From the NCBI GenBank assembly GCA_964412625.1, contig CAYPPO010000002.1:9497-73496 (forward strand): 64,000 nucleotides of DNA, given 5' to 3'. The notes under the pieces are model-generated. The model saw only the letters and a program-made list of their open reading frames with translations. It searched no databases and was not told the DNA's origin. Source of the stretch: an uncultured Candidatus Poseidoniales archaeon. GTDB taxonomy: Archaea > Thermoplasmatota > Poseidoniia > Poseidoniales > Poseidoniaceae. This document shows, piece after piece, positions 50,215 to 59,710 of this stretch; positions within the stretch are counted from its first letter, which is position 1, and each line of letters starts with the position of its first letter. Position numbers and translations under genes: made by a program.

Positions 50215-51993
50215 ATGGTGAGTTCTTTGTCCAGAATTATAGGTCTGCTGCAAGTTGATTCAACCGTCGGTGATTTGGCTGGCAATGCTGCACGTATTGA
50301 ATCGCTAGCCGAAACGGCGAGACAAAACGGTGCTAAGTTAGCCATTGCAACAGAGTTAGCGATTTGTGGCTACCCGCCGCGCGACTTATTACTTCAACCG
50401 GATTTCATTAATTCATCATTCGCCTCAGCTAAATCACTGAGTGTCGATATACCAGTTCTTGTCGGTTCACCAATCCCTAGTGAGAATGAAAGAAATTTAC
50501 CGGCTAATGGCGTTGTTCGTTCGGGTTCACTCAACGCCTCACCCAATGGCGATAACACCAACCGTGTAGTGGCAAAAAAGCAGTTATTGCCATCATATGA
50601 TGTGTTTGACGAGACTAGATATTTTTCTCCAGCACACCGTTCGGGCATTTGTCGCTCAATAGGGGATTTAAATCTCGGAGTCACCGTATGTGAGGATGCT
50701 TGGCAAGCGGCAGGTCTTACTCCTTCATCTTACGGACAAGACCCGATTGACAGTTTGGCTGAGTGGGGACGTCAGGGTGTCAACCTTGATGCGACTGTGA
50801 ATCTCTCAGCATCCCCATATCACGCTGACAAAGTTAGTTCGCGGGTCAAAGTTTGTCGAACGGCAGCGCAAATTTTGCAACACCCATTTTTGCTCGCCAA
50901 TCAAGTTGGAGGCAACGATGATTTGTTGTTTGACGGCTGTTCTCTTGCCGCTTGGCCAGACGGAACCGTAGTAGTTGCACCGGCATGGCAAGAAGGTGTA
51001 TTGATAATCGATTTAGATCAGCCAGACAAGTCGAAATGGGTTGGCATGGATGCAGAAGATGCATTGGTTGTTGGCAATGATACAATGAAGATGTTGACAA
51101 ACAAAAATGATGGCCGTGAGAGTTTGGATGCACTGATTGAAGACATCACAGATGCAGTGATAACCGGATTGGCTGATTATTGTCGAAAATCAGGCATCAA
51201 ACAAATAGTTCTGGGATTATCTGGTGGTATTGATTCTGCGGTTGCAGCATGTGTTGCTTGTGCAGCGGTCGGTCCAAGCAATGTCATCGGTATTGCGATG
51301 CCCAGTCGGTTCTCTTCCCAACACTCCTTAACCGACGCAGAATATACTGCAAAAGCCCTTGGAATGGATTTTAAAGTTCAACCGATCGATGAGATGCATA
51401 GTTCTTTGGAGGGTCAAATCAACGATGTTTTGGAGGATGGTAATCCGGTAGCATCTGAAAATATTCAATCTCGTCTGCGTGGAATAATTGTTATGGCGCA
51501 TGCTAATGCACAATCTAGAATGGCCATTGCAACTGGTAATAAATCTGAGATTGCGCAAGGCTATTGCACACTTTATGGCGATATGGCAGGGGGTTATACT
51601 CCGCTTGGTGACTTATACAAAATGCAGGTTTACGCACTTGCTGAAATCTTTAATCAACGAGCAACCATTGCTGGCAAACAACCACCTGTGAACCAGTCAA
51701 CAATGACTAAACCACCATCTGCAGAGTTGGCCCCTGATCAAAAAGATGAGGATTCATTGCCACCATATCAGGTATTGGATGAAATCCTTCGTCTCCATAT
51801 TGAGCATACGATGGATGCTGATGATATTGTTGCAGCAGGTCACCCCCGCAATGTTGTTGTTGATGTACTGGCTAGGCTGGAGCGTAATGAACACAAACGG
51901 TGGCAAATGTCTCCTGCACCCAGGGTAACTAACAAAGCGTTTGGTCAAGGCTGGCGCAGACCATTAGCATCTAAACATGACTGGCGTGATTGA
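50215..51993 (+). CDS. nadE: Glutamine-dependent NAD+ synthetase (N-terminal CN-hydrolase domain fused to NAD synthetase)
   Basis: It has an N-terminal nitrilase-like domain (ELAICGYPPRDLL, catalytic Cys region CEDAW). The C-terminal domain has the ATP PPi-loop (LSGGIDSAV). Confidence 0.85.
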   Translation: MVSSLSRIIGLLQVDSTVGDLAGNAARIESLAETARQNGAKLAIATELAICGYPPRDLLLQPDFINSSFASAKSLSVDIPVLVGSPIPSENERNLPANGVVRSGSLNASPNGDNTNRVVAKKQLLPSYDVFDETRYFSPAHRSGICRSIGDLNLGVTVCEDAWQAAGLTPSSYGQDPIDSLAEWGRQGVNLDATVNLSASPYHADKVSSRVKVCRTAAQILQHPFLLANQVGGNDDLLFDGCSLAAWPDGTVVVAPAWQEGVLIIDLDQPDKSKWVGMDAEDALVVGNDTMKMLTNKNDGRESLDALIEDITDAVITGLADYCRKSGIKQIVLGLSGGIDSAVAACVACAAVGPSNVIGIAMPSRFSSQHSLTDAEYTAKALGMDFKVQPIDEMHSSLEGQINDVLEDGNPVASENIQSRLRGIIVMAHANAQSRMAIATGNKSEIAQGYCTLYGDMAGGYTPLGDLYKMQVYALAEIFNQRATIAGKQPPVNQSTMTKPPSAELAPDQKDEDSLPPYQVLDEILRLHIEHTMDADDIVAAGHPRNVVVDVLARLERNEHKRWQMSPAPRVTNKAFGQGWRRPLASKHDWRD

Positions 51994-52032
51994 ATTCGAT
52001 GGTCATAAAAATCAACCACACTACCTCGCACC

Positions 52033-52857
52033 ATGTCGGGCACTGTGGTCAACATTGCCGGTTACCGTTTTGCTGACATGCCCGACCGCGATGAACTTCG
52101 CCAACCCTTCCGAGATTTGTGCCAAGAGTTAAGTCTCAAAGGAACAATTCTACTAGCGCATGAAGGAATCAATTTCTTCCTTGCAGGGAGTCAGACTTCG
52201 ATTGACTCTTTCATTGAATACCTCGAAGCGGATGCTAGATTTACCGACATACCGCTTAAGGTTTCATTTTCCGATTATCAGCCATTCCGTCGTATGAATG
52301 TCCGTCTAAAAAAGGAAATAATTTCATTAGGTCTAGACCATATCAAACCGGCTGAACTTACCGGGGAGGAAATCACCCCCACGGCGTTTAAACAACTACT
52401 GGATGCCGGAGAAGAGGTTATAGTTCTCGATACTCGCAATGAATATGAATGTCGCATAGGGACTTTTGAAAATGCCTTTGAGTTGAACATTCGGTCATTT
52501 AGAGACTTCCCCAAAGCTGTTAGTAAGATGGATGATGAACTCAAAGACAAGCCAGTTGTTATGTTTTGTACAGGCGGGATTCGTTGTGAGAAAGCCAGCG
52601 TTGTCATGATGGATGCAGGGTTTTCCAACGTCAAACAATTGAAAGGTGGAATCCTTGGTTATTTCGAGGAAGTTGGTGGAGATTATTGGAACGGTGATTG
52701 TTTTGTCTTTGATCGTCGTGTGGCAGTAAATCCTAAACTTGAGGAAACAGAAGTCGTCCAGTGTTATGCTTGTCGCGAACCTCTGTTACTTGAAGAGCAA
52801 AATACCGGTGAGTATGTAATCGCTCAATCCTGTCCCTACTGCTCAGATAAGAAATAG
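52033..52857 (+). CDS. trhO: Rhodanese-domain protein of the UPF0176/YceA family (tRNA U34 hydroxylase TrhO-like)
   Basis: The N-terminal UPF0176 region is followed by a rhodanese domain with the active-site loop CTGGIRCEKAS and a C-terminal CxxC...CxxC. Confidence 0.75.
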   Translation: MSGTVVNIAGYRFADMPDRDELRQPFRDLCQELSLKGTILLAHEGINFFLAGSQTSIDSFIEYLEADARFTDIPLKVSFSDYQPFRRMNVRLKKEIISLGLDHIKPAELTGEEITPTAFKQLLDAGEEVIVLDTRNEYECRIGTFENAFELNIRSFRDFPKAVSKMDDELKDKPVVMFCTGGIRCEKASVVMMDAGFSNVKQLKGGILGYFEEVGGDYWNGDCFVFDRRVAVNPKLEETEVVQCYACREPLLLEEQNTGEYVIAQSCPYCSDKK

Positions 52858-52858
52858 G

Positions 52859-55126
52859 TCACCAAATCAACCATTCATCTTGCAATGTAAGCGGACTCCA
52901 AAGATGTAACTCCATCCCGGTAAGGCCATTATCGGCAACAAAAATAACCAATTCTGGGTTGCCCACTAGTGCGCCGTAATTACCGGAATCTGAATTATTT
53001 CCTACACCACTCCAGGGGTCATAAACCAATTCTGCTTCCAGCGTTAAAGTGCTAAAACTCCACAAACAATGCCCTGTGTCAAAACCATCAATTTCGCCGT
53101 CAGCAATGATTAGTAGATGGTCACCAATAGGCAGAATATTGCGGATTTCAGCTGATGCCATGCCCGGCTGGAATTCGTGGATTACTTTGGTTCCAGCCGT
53201 AGTTCCGTCACTCACACACAACTCCTCTGCTGTAGTTCCAGTTATACAATCAAACCACAATTTATTGTTGAGTAATACCGGAGATACTCGCTCACTTGGT
53301 GCAACAACTTGACTCGACAATTCAACTAGATTGCCATTTTGTAAATCATAACTCCATATTGTCGGATCCACCGCAGAAATTTGGGCGTCAAAAATTATCT
53401 TATTGTCCAATAGGTTCAATCCAAGGTTTTCCCCAACATTGGTCGGTGGGTTGCCATTGCTTTGTAACGCCATATTGGTAAGCCATGTGTGGCTGCCTGA
53501 GGAGTTTAATTCGACTAACTGTCTTCCATTGATACCATCATCTGCAACTGTAATTACGCGGCCACCAAACGCTAAAATCGACTTGGGACTACTATCTTCA
53601 AAGGTGTTTAAATCCCAGGAAATGAATTCACCCTCACTGCTCAGATAGTGCATTTCATAGCCAATATCATCATGAATTGCTGAGAGCCAGATGCCAAACT
53701 CATCGACGGCAAATGTCGTTTGTGTATGAGACGAGAACTTAGCCTGTACTGCGTCTAAGTGAAGTTGAGTGGGCAGCGCAAAGAAGGGAGCATCAAATAG
53801 ATTGTATACAGTCTGCCCATCTGTCCACATTAAATCAAAATTTGAATCAGAAAACACTAATCCATTCATCCATTTAATCGCTACCGATTCGGCAACAATA
53901 CCATCGCCACTGTATCCAGTAAGTTGTTGAGTGCCACTTGATGTCAAATTAGTTATCCACAATTCTCGACCATTAACCCCACTATCGGCGTCAAACAACC
54001 ATAATTCCTCGCCGTCGAGATATAAGGGAGTGAAGCCCAGGTATAACCCGGGGCTTGAATCGGCACTCCCCGGGTTTAGGTCAATTAGTTGTTGAGTTGA
54101 GGTCAAAGTCCCTTCACTAGTCCATAGTTCACAGCCCGTGGAACTATCGCTGCCAGCAGAGATTAGCATGTTATGTGTCGTTGACCAAACAAACTCCGAA
54201 CAAGAATTAGAAAGACCATTTGTAAAACCAACACTAAAATCTGAGATTGGACCAAAGTTCAACGGCTCGCTGCAAATTTTTAGTGACTCAACAATTTCAT
54301 CGTTATGCATTAAGCCATCATCGGCGATTCCTTCACCATGTCCATCATCAACCCCGAGGTTAATCACCACACCATTCGAACATAGGTATGATGGAGGTGC
54401 TAATCGCTCTACTAGTGCAGAGTGACCACTAGCTCCGCTGCTACCGTCTATTCCATCGAGCCCAACCAGGCCATTGCAAATAAAGTCAGCACTTTGTATC
54501 TCCTCTGAGTCTAAAGTTCCATTGTTGTTGAAATCTAGTCCTACCGCAATTAACATTCCACCGTAGGTACACGATTCATTACCTACTTCGACAATCGAAG
54601 TTTTGACCAGACTATCGATTCCAGGTGAACCATTTGGTCCGGTTGCGCCCTGAGGGCCCGACAGACCTTCTTTACCATGACATAACCTAGTAGTTGAGGT
54701 TACTTCTTCATCCTCTAGAATTCCGTTACGATTGTTATCATTGCCAATGAAAATATCGGCACCCCCCTCGGTACAGATATGATCTGCTTCACGCCCTGCG
54801 GTTCGCACCAACACTTCCGTACCATCGGCACCTGAATTTGCTGAGGAATCTAATGAATCAATAATGGTAAATGAATAAGCAGAAAGTAACAGCGCGATTA
54901 TTATTGATGCCGTTTGAACTACTAACACAGCCCGGCTTCTACCCTGATTCAATTCACCTTCTGCAACTTGGTTATCGGCTTCCTGACCATCAAGTGGTGG
55001 TACGGTCTTTAATGCTGGGTTATTGGCAGGTTCTCCTGCAATAGGACTATTCTCATTGACTTGAGACCTATTAGACATGGTGGTACCTCTAAACCTCAAA
55101 GATATCAAAACTTCCGGTTTAATCAA
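52859..55126 (-). CDS. Type-II (N-in) membrane-anchored surface protein with collagen-like Gly-X-Y triplets and Cys-bracketed EF-hand/dockerin-like Ca-binding loops
   Basis: It has an N-terminal cytoplasmic segment, then the TM helix ASIIIALLLSAYSFTII. Three repeats follow of C-x2-GG-x3-[IV]-G-x-[DN]-x-N-x-[NH]-G-x-L-x3-E...C-x-G with perfect EF-hand loops (DNNRNGILEDEE; DFNNNGTLDSEE). These are interleaved with short Gly-X-Y runs (GLSGPQGATGPNGSPG; GLDGIDGSSGASG). A large beta-rich C-terminal domain follows. Confidence 0.6.
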   Translation of the reverse strand: MIKPEVLISLRFRGTTMSNRSQVNENSPIAGEPANNPALKTVPPLDGQEADNQVAEGELNQGRSRAVLVVQTASIIIALLLSAYSFTIIDSLDSSANSGADGTEVLVRTAGREADHICTEGGADIFIGNDNNRNGILEDEEVTSTTRLCHGKEGLSGPQGATGPNGSPGIDSLVKTSIVEVGNESCTYGGMLIAVGLDFNNNGTLDSEEIQSADFICNGLVGLDGIDGSSGASGHSALVERLAPPSYLCSNGVVINLGVDDGHGEGIADDGLMHNDEIVESLKICSEPLNFGPISDFSVGFTNGLSNSCSEFVWSTTHNMLISAGSDSSTGCELWTSEGTLTSTQQLIDLNPGSADSSPGLYLGFTPLYLDGEELWLFDADSGVNGRELWITNLTSSGTQQLTGYSGDGIVAESVAIKWMNGLVFSDSNFDLMWTDGQTVYNLFDAPFFALPTQLHLDAVQAKFSSHTQTTFAVDEFGIWLSAIHDDIGYEMHYLSSEGEFISWDLNTFEDSSPKSILAFGGRVITVADDGINGRQLVELNSSGSHTWLTNMALQSNGNPPTNVGENLGLNLLDNKIIFDAQISAVDPTIWSYDLQNGNLVELSSQVVAPSERVSPVLLNNKLWFDCITGTTAEELCVSDGTTAGTKVIHEFQPGMASAEIRNILPIGDHLLIIADGEIDGFDTGHCLWSFSTLTLEAELVYDPWSGVGNNSDSGNYGALVGNPELVIFVADNGLTGMELHLWSPLTLQDEWLIW

Positions 55127-55183
55127 CAGGTAATCAATCTGTTAAGCGTTTACTTCATGAAATAGTTAGTACGCCCGAGTATC

Positions 55184-56956
55184 ATGGACTTACCCGGTCG
55201 GCTGGCTGCGCAACTTGCAGGCAAAGAGGGTAAGACGCGACAAAAAGCCGCTCGTTTAGTGGTAGATTTGGCCGAAATTGCTAATGCTGAGGGATTTATT
55301 GAGGTTGATAATTCACACGTTTCAGGAGTTTCTGTGATTACCGGTGGACATGGCTTGCTTCGATTTCTTGCGGATTTGTCAAATGATGAGGATGGTCAAG
55401 TTGCGATCACAACCACGCTCAATTCTGCTGGTTGCGACAAGGAGAGAATGCAAGAGATGGATATTGATTGGCCGGACTTTTTAGAGCAACAATTTGAGAT
55501 CATCCACGCTTATGAGCGCTTAGGAATTGAGGCGACACTGTCCTGCACCCCTTATGACCGGGGAATAGAAATTGAGTCTGGAATTGCTTCTTGGGCAGAA
55601 TCAAATGCCGTTTGCTTTTCCAATTCTTGGACCTCACTAATCACCAACCGTGAGTCAGGATTATCGGCTTTGGCAACCGCATTAACCGGTTATGCACCAA
55701 AGTGGGGCTTACATTTGCCCGGCAATAGGATGCCAAATATTTTGGTCAACATTTCGTGTCAACTGTCGGAACTCGCTGATTGGTCGATTCTTGGAGACTG
55801 GATTGGTAAACAGGTAAGACCAGATTGGGATTTAGCTTGGGGTCCAATGCCATTCATCCGCGGCATGCCAGACCATGTTTCGTTTGCCAGCAAAAAAGCA
55901 CTGACTGCTGCTGCAGCAAATTATGGCTGTCCAATGTTGTGGGCAGAAGGCCACAGCGCCCCACCACCGCTGAGTAAGGATGGCGAGGGTAATTGGCTTG
56001 AACCAGAATCAGGTTGGGCTGGAGTACTAGAATTTACTGCGGAAGATTTAGCACAACGGTACGAAGATTTAGCACCACAAGGCCAGGTTGATTTGGTCGT
56101 AATCGGTTGTCCTCAGGCGAGTATTGAGGAAATCAGACGTACTGCGTCAGCAGTTCGCTCATATGCAGAAATGGGGGCGAAGATTCCCGATAACAGGCTT
56201 TGGTTATTCACCAGTGGTGAAAATTATCAACTAGCCGCTGAAGATGGCAGCATCGACTTGTTGGAGAATGCAGGCGTGGTAATTCTGCAAGACACGTGTC
56301 CCGAGGTCACGCCCTATAATCGTCAACACTACAATCACTTGCTAACCAATTCATTGAAAGCGGAACATTACTTGACCAGTGGTCTAAACAGGATTCCCAC
56401 CAGCGTCATGACCATACAAGATTGTGTCGCACACGCCTTTGATCCTGATTTATCGGCTGGCGAGAGACCAACGATTTCTGCCAAGGCCCAGCCTCAACAT
56501 CAATCGTCAAAGACCCATCAGCACGGTGAATACACTTCAACTGGTAATGGGCTCTCATCGCAAGGTGATTTCACCATAACCGGTAAAGCAATGTCAACCG
56601 ATGTTGCAATAACCTATCTTGGCTATGTCAATCGTGATAGTGGAGTTATCGAGGAATTCGGCCATCCACTTGATGGGCAAGCCATCGAGGATACCATTCT
56701 AATTTATCCAAAAGGTTCCGGTTCGACCGTTGCACCCTATGTGTTGATGGGTCTGATATACACCGGCAAAGGGCCAAAGGGAATTGTCAATCGTGATGTC
56801 TGCTCTTTGACCATCCCAGCATGCTCTTTACTCAATCTGCCATACGGACACGGCTTTGAGTCAGATCCATGTTTGAAAGTGAACACAGGTGATTTAGTAG
56901 AAATGCGCAAGGTTGGTGATAAAGTGACTTTGACTGTACTCCAGCGAGCCGATTGA
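55184..56956 (+). CDS. Aconitase X (AcnX) family protein, single-chain fusion of DUF521 (large) and DUF126 (small/swivel) domains
   Basis: The N-terminal region matches the AcnX large-subunit pattern (SHVSGVSVITGGHGL...TTTLNSAGCD...LSCTPYDRG...ASWAESNAVCFSNSWTSLITNRESGLSALATALTGYAPKWGLHL). The C-terminal ~130 aa match the DUF126 pattern (GKAMSTDVAITYLGYVNRDSGVIEE...ILIYPKGSGSTVAPYVLMGLIYTGKGPKGIV). Confidence 0.7.
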   Translation: MDLPGRLAAQLAGKEGKTRQKAARLVVDLAEIANAEGFIEVDNSHVSGVSVITGGHGLLRFLADLSNDEDGQVAITTTLNSAGCDKERMQEMDIDWPDFLEQQFEIIHAYERLGIEATLSCTPYDRGIEIESGIASWAESNAVCFSNSWTSLITNRESGLSALATALTGYAPKWGLHLPGNRMPNILVNISCQLSELADWSILGDWIGKQVRPDWDLAWGPMPFIRGMPDHVSFASKKALTAAAANYGCPMLWAEGHSAPPPLSKDGEGNWLEPESGWAGVLEFTAEDLAQRYEDLAPQGQVDLVVIGCPQASIEEIRRTASAVRSYAEMGAKIPDNRLWLFTSGENYQLAAEDGSIDLLENAGVVILQDTCPEVTPYNRQHYNHLLTNSLKAEHYLTSGLNRIPTSVMTIQDCVAHAFDPDLSAGERPTISAKAQPQHQSSKTHQHGEYTSTGNGLSSQGDFTITGKAMSTDVAITYLGYVNRDSGVIEEFGHPLDGQAIEDTILIYPKGSGSTVAPYVLMGLIYTGKGPKGIVNRDVCSLTIPACSLLNLPYGHGFESDPCLKVNTGDLVEMRKVGDKVTLTVLQRAD

Positions 56957-56957
56957 T

Positions 56958-57917
56958 ATGTCCGGCAAGCGAATATTGGTGACAGGTGGGGCCGGATTTA
57001 TTGGTTCATCACTCTGTGAGAGATTGGTCGCAATGGGCCATAACGTGGTTGCGTTAGATTCAATGTTTCGCGGTAACGAGGAGAATCTCGAGACTATCAC
57101 AGCCGACGATAATTTTGCCTTGTACGCTGGCGATGTTAGGGATATTGATGATTTAGACGCCTGTGTTGAAGCGTTAGGTGGCATCGATTTGATTTACCAC
57201 CTTGCGGCGATAAACGGCACAAAGTGGTTCCACGAAGCAGCTCATTCGGTGATAGACGTCAACATTAACGGAACATTGCGAACATTAGAACTAGCCATGG
57301 CTCACGATGCAAAATATGTCTTTGCGTCTTCTCCCGAAGCATTTGGAGAGCCTTTGTCACAACCCTTAACCGATGGTGATTCGATGGTCTTCACCGATCC
57401 TAAACAGCATCAAAGGCATTCATATGGCGGTAGTAAATATTTGGGAGAAGTCGCTTGCCAACATGCAGCAAGAGACGGACTAGATGTGCAAATTGTCCGG
57501 CCGTTCAACGCCTATGGGCCGCGATTGAAAGGCGATAACTACGGGCAAGTAATTAGTATGTTCTTTCATCAATTATTAGAATCAAGAGTACTCAACGTCC
57601 ATGGTGATGGAAGCCAAACACGTAGTTTCACCTGGATTGATGATGTTGTTGATGGATTTGTTAAAGTAGGCATGCAGGATTTACCAACAGGCGCAGCATA
57701 CAACTTAGGGTCTATCGAGGAAGTATCAATAATAGATTTAGCAACTAGAATTGCTAACTTCGGCGATGATGTTACAATTTCGTTTAGCGAAGGTTATTTT
57801 GGCGATGTAAAGCGAAGGGTACCAAATATTACTCGAAGCAAGGAATTGCTTAACTGGCAACCGAATGTTTCGTTGGAAGAGGGTTTGAAATTGATGTGGC
57901 AGTCATTCAATCCTTAG
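56958..57917 (+). CDS. NAD-dependent nucleotide-sugar epimerase/dehydratase (SDR family, UDP-glucuronate decarboxylase/4,6-dehydratase-like)
   Basis: It has the N-terminal Rossmann motif GGAGFIGS and a catalytic YxxxK (YGGSKY). It is 319 aa. Confidence 0.8.
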   Translation: MSGKRILVTGGAGFIGSSLCERLVAMGHNVVALDSMFRGNEENLETITADDNFALYAGDVRDIDDLDACVEALGGIDLIYHLAAINGTKWFHEAAHSVIDVNINGTLRTLELAMAHDAKYVFASSPEAFGEPLSQPLTDGDSMVFTDPKQHQRHSYGGSKYLGEVACQHAARDGLDVQIVRPFNAYGPRLKGDNYGQVISMFFHQLLESRVLNVHGDGSQTRSFTWIDDVVDGFVKVGMQDLPTGAAYNLGSIEEVSIIDLATRIANFGDDVTISFSEGYFGDVKRRVPNITRSKELLNWQPNVSLEEGLKLMWQSFNP

Positions 57918-58719
57918 GTCCGTAGTGCTTGTCGACTTTTTTTGACCAACCGTCCGGAGCGGCCATTATGTTGTCCATCCCATGTTGAGTCAAGACATCA
58001 AGCCCAGTCTTGGGTATGTTATCGCTGGAAGACCATACATGTGTTACTTTCATCACAGCTAGCCTCGCAACGGCATCTGGTAATTCCTTTTCTTCAACAA
58101 ATTCGACCTCAATGGCTGCAACAGCCTGTTTGATTAACAACTCGTTTTCATCATGTGGTGTGATATCAATCAAATCCCACTCACTTTCCTCAGGAAGAAT
58201 CGGACTTCCTGCCATGTCAATCCAATCGACTGCCTTTAGAGTGCTGGGCATCACATGGAGGATTGCCTTGCCGGTTTGTCGCATATTGACTAAAGTGCCG
58301 CGATATTCCTTTCGCTTATTTTTACTAAACGAGGCAATGAACAGCGGTGGAGTATTTGAAACGCCCATCACAGAGCTTAACGGTGCCAAATTTTTGACCC
58401 CATTTTCGTCAATGGTCGATGCTAAAATCAGTGGTCGGGGCGATACTATGCCGGCAAGCCAAGCAGAGCGTTGTTGGTGACTCATGTCCATGATATCGAT
58501 GCGTTTTGGTTCACTCAAATCTGTGCGAACCTCCCGCGTGAACCATGCATCTAATTTCCCGGTGTGGATTTCGTCTATGGAGTGCTGGGTGAATTCAATG
58601 TAGGTTTCCCATGCTGGGATTAACTCATGCTCGCCCCGTTGGCGTTTACGCTCGATTGAGGCATTTGCATATTCGATACACTTAGTGAGGAAGTCAGCAA
58701 CTACCGCCTTTCTATCCAT
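57907..58719 (-). CDS. Flavin reductase-like (split-barrel FMN-binding) domain protein with N-terminal extension
   Basis: The central segment RPLILASTIDENGVKNLAPLSSVMGVSNTPPLFIASF matches the flavin-reductase-like domain pattern. The N-terminal ~95 aa are unassigned. Confidence 0.5.
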   Translation of the reverse strand: MDRKAVVADFLTKCIEYANASIERKRQRGEHELIPAWETYIEFTQHSIDEIHTGKLDAWFTREVRTDLSEPKRIDIMDMSHQQRSAWLAGIVSPRPLILASTIDENGVKNLAPLSSVMGVSNTPPLFIASFSKNKRKEYRGTLVNMRQTGKAILHVMPSTLKAVDWIDMAGSPILPEESEWDLIDITPHDENELLIKQAVAAIEVEFVEEKELPDAVARLAVMKVTHVWSSSDNIPKTGLDVLTQHGMDNIMAAPDGWSKKVDKHYGPKD

Positions 58720-58747
58720 TCATTCACCTCCAACATGTCCGAATTAA

Positions 58748-59218
58748 TTAGCGCTTGGCTTCATATTCCTCTCTGGTCATTAGATACTTTGCTGGATTTC
58801 CCGACCATACCTCGTTGTCAGGTAAGGATTTTGTCAAGACGGCTCCAGCAGCCAATACGGCATTTGTCCCGACATTGCAGCCAGGTACAATGGTAGAACC
58901 TCCGCCAATAACTGCCCCGTTATTGACGGTAATTGGCTGCCACAGCTTCTTATTGCCGGATGGTGGGTAGCGATCGTTTAGCAAAGTGGCGTTTGGTCCA
59001 ATAAATACATCATTGCCCAATGTGCACATGTCGGCGATGTATGCGCTACCTTGAATCCGGCATCGATCCCCCATCCTAACATCTCTGCCGATGTGGGCCA
59101 GCGCGCCTATGGAACATTCACTGCCGTTAATCAGGCCGGTACCAATTTTACATGGTGCCCAAGCAACGCTGTTGTTTGGTAACTCAATACGCTCGTTTGA
59201 ATTCGGGGGACTAGTCAA
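58748..59218 (-). CDS. Hexapeptide-repeat (left-handed beta-helix) acetyltransferase, sugar N/O-acetyltransferase-like
   Basis: It has repeated [LIV]-G-x4 hexapeptides (IGRDVRMGDRCRIQGSAYIADMCTLGNDVFIGPNATL...). It is 156 aa. Confidence 0.7.
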   Translation of the reverse strand: MTSPPNSNERIELPNNSVAWAPCKIGTGLINGSECSIGALAHIGRDVRMGDRCRIQGSAYIADMCTLGNDVFIGPNATLLNDRYPPSGNKKLWQPITVNNGAVIGGGSTIVPGCNVGTNAVLAAGAVLTKSLPDNEVWSGNPAKYLMTREEYEAKR

Positions 59219-59230
59219 GTAAACTCCTCA

Positions 59231-59710
59231 CTAGATGCCTAAATCATGCATTACTTTCTCAACGTGGCCTTTGGTTCTAACACCATATCCTACCCATTTT
59301 AGTAATCCATCATCACCGATGACAAAGGTAGATCTCGATGTACCCATGTAGGTTTTCCCGTACATGCTCTTTTCTCGCCATGTGCCGTATGCCTCGTGTA
59401 GTGATATGTCTTCGTCCATCAAGAGCGGAAAATTAAGCTCCTGTTTGGCAATGAACTTATCATGGGATTTTGCCGAATCTTTTGACACTCCCAGGACAAC
59501 ATAGTTTTCTTTGTTGAGTCGAGCCATTGAGTCTCTAAAGTCACAAGCTTGAGTGGTGCAGCCGGGGGTTGAATCCTTAGGATAGAAGTACAAAACAACG
59601 GATTTTCCCTCGCTTGTGTACGCATCAAGCGAGTGTTCTTTACCGGTGGAATCCACGCAAGAAAATTTTGGTGCGGTCTGGCCTACTTCGAGATTTACTG
59701 AACTGCTCAT
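59231..59710 (-). CDS. bcp: Peroxiredoxin Bcp (thiol peroxidase, AhpC/TSA family)
   Basis: It has the FYPKDSTPGCTTQAC peroxidatic-Cys motif. It is 159 aa. Confidence 0.85.
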   Translation of the reverse strand: MSSSVNLEVGQTAPKFSCVDSTGKEHSLDAYTSEGKSVVLYFYPKDSTPGCTTQACDFRDSMARLNKENYVVLGVSKDSAKSHDKFIAKQELNFPLLMDEDISLHEAYGTWREKSMYGKTYMGTSRSTFVIGDDGLLKWVGYGVRTKGHVEKVMHDLGI

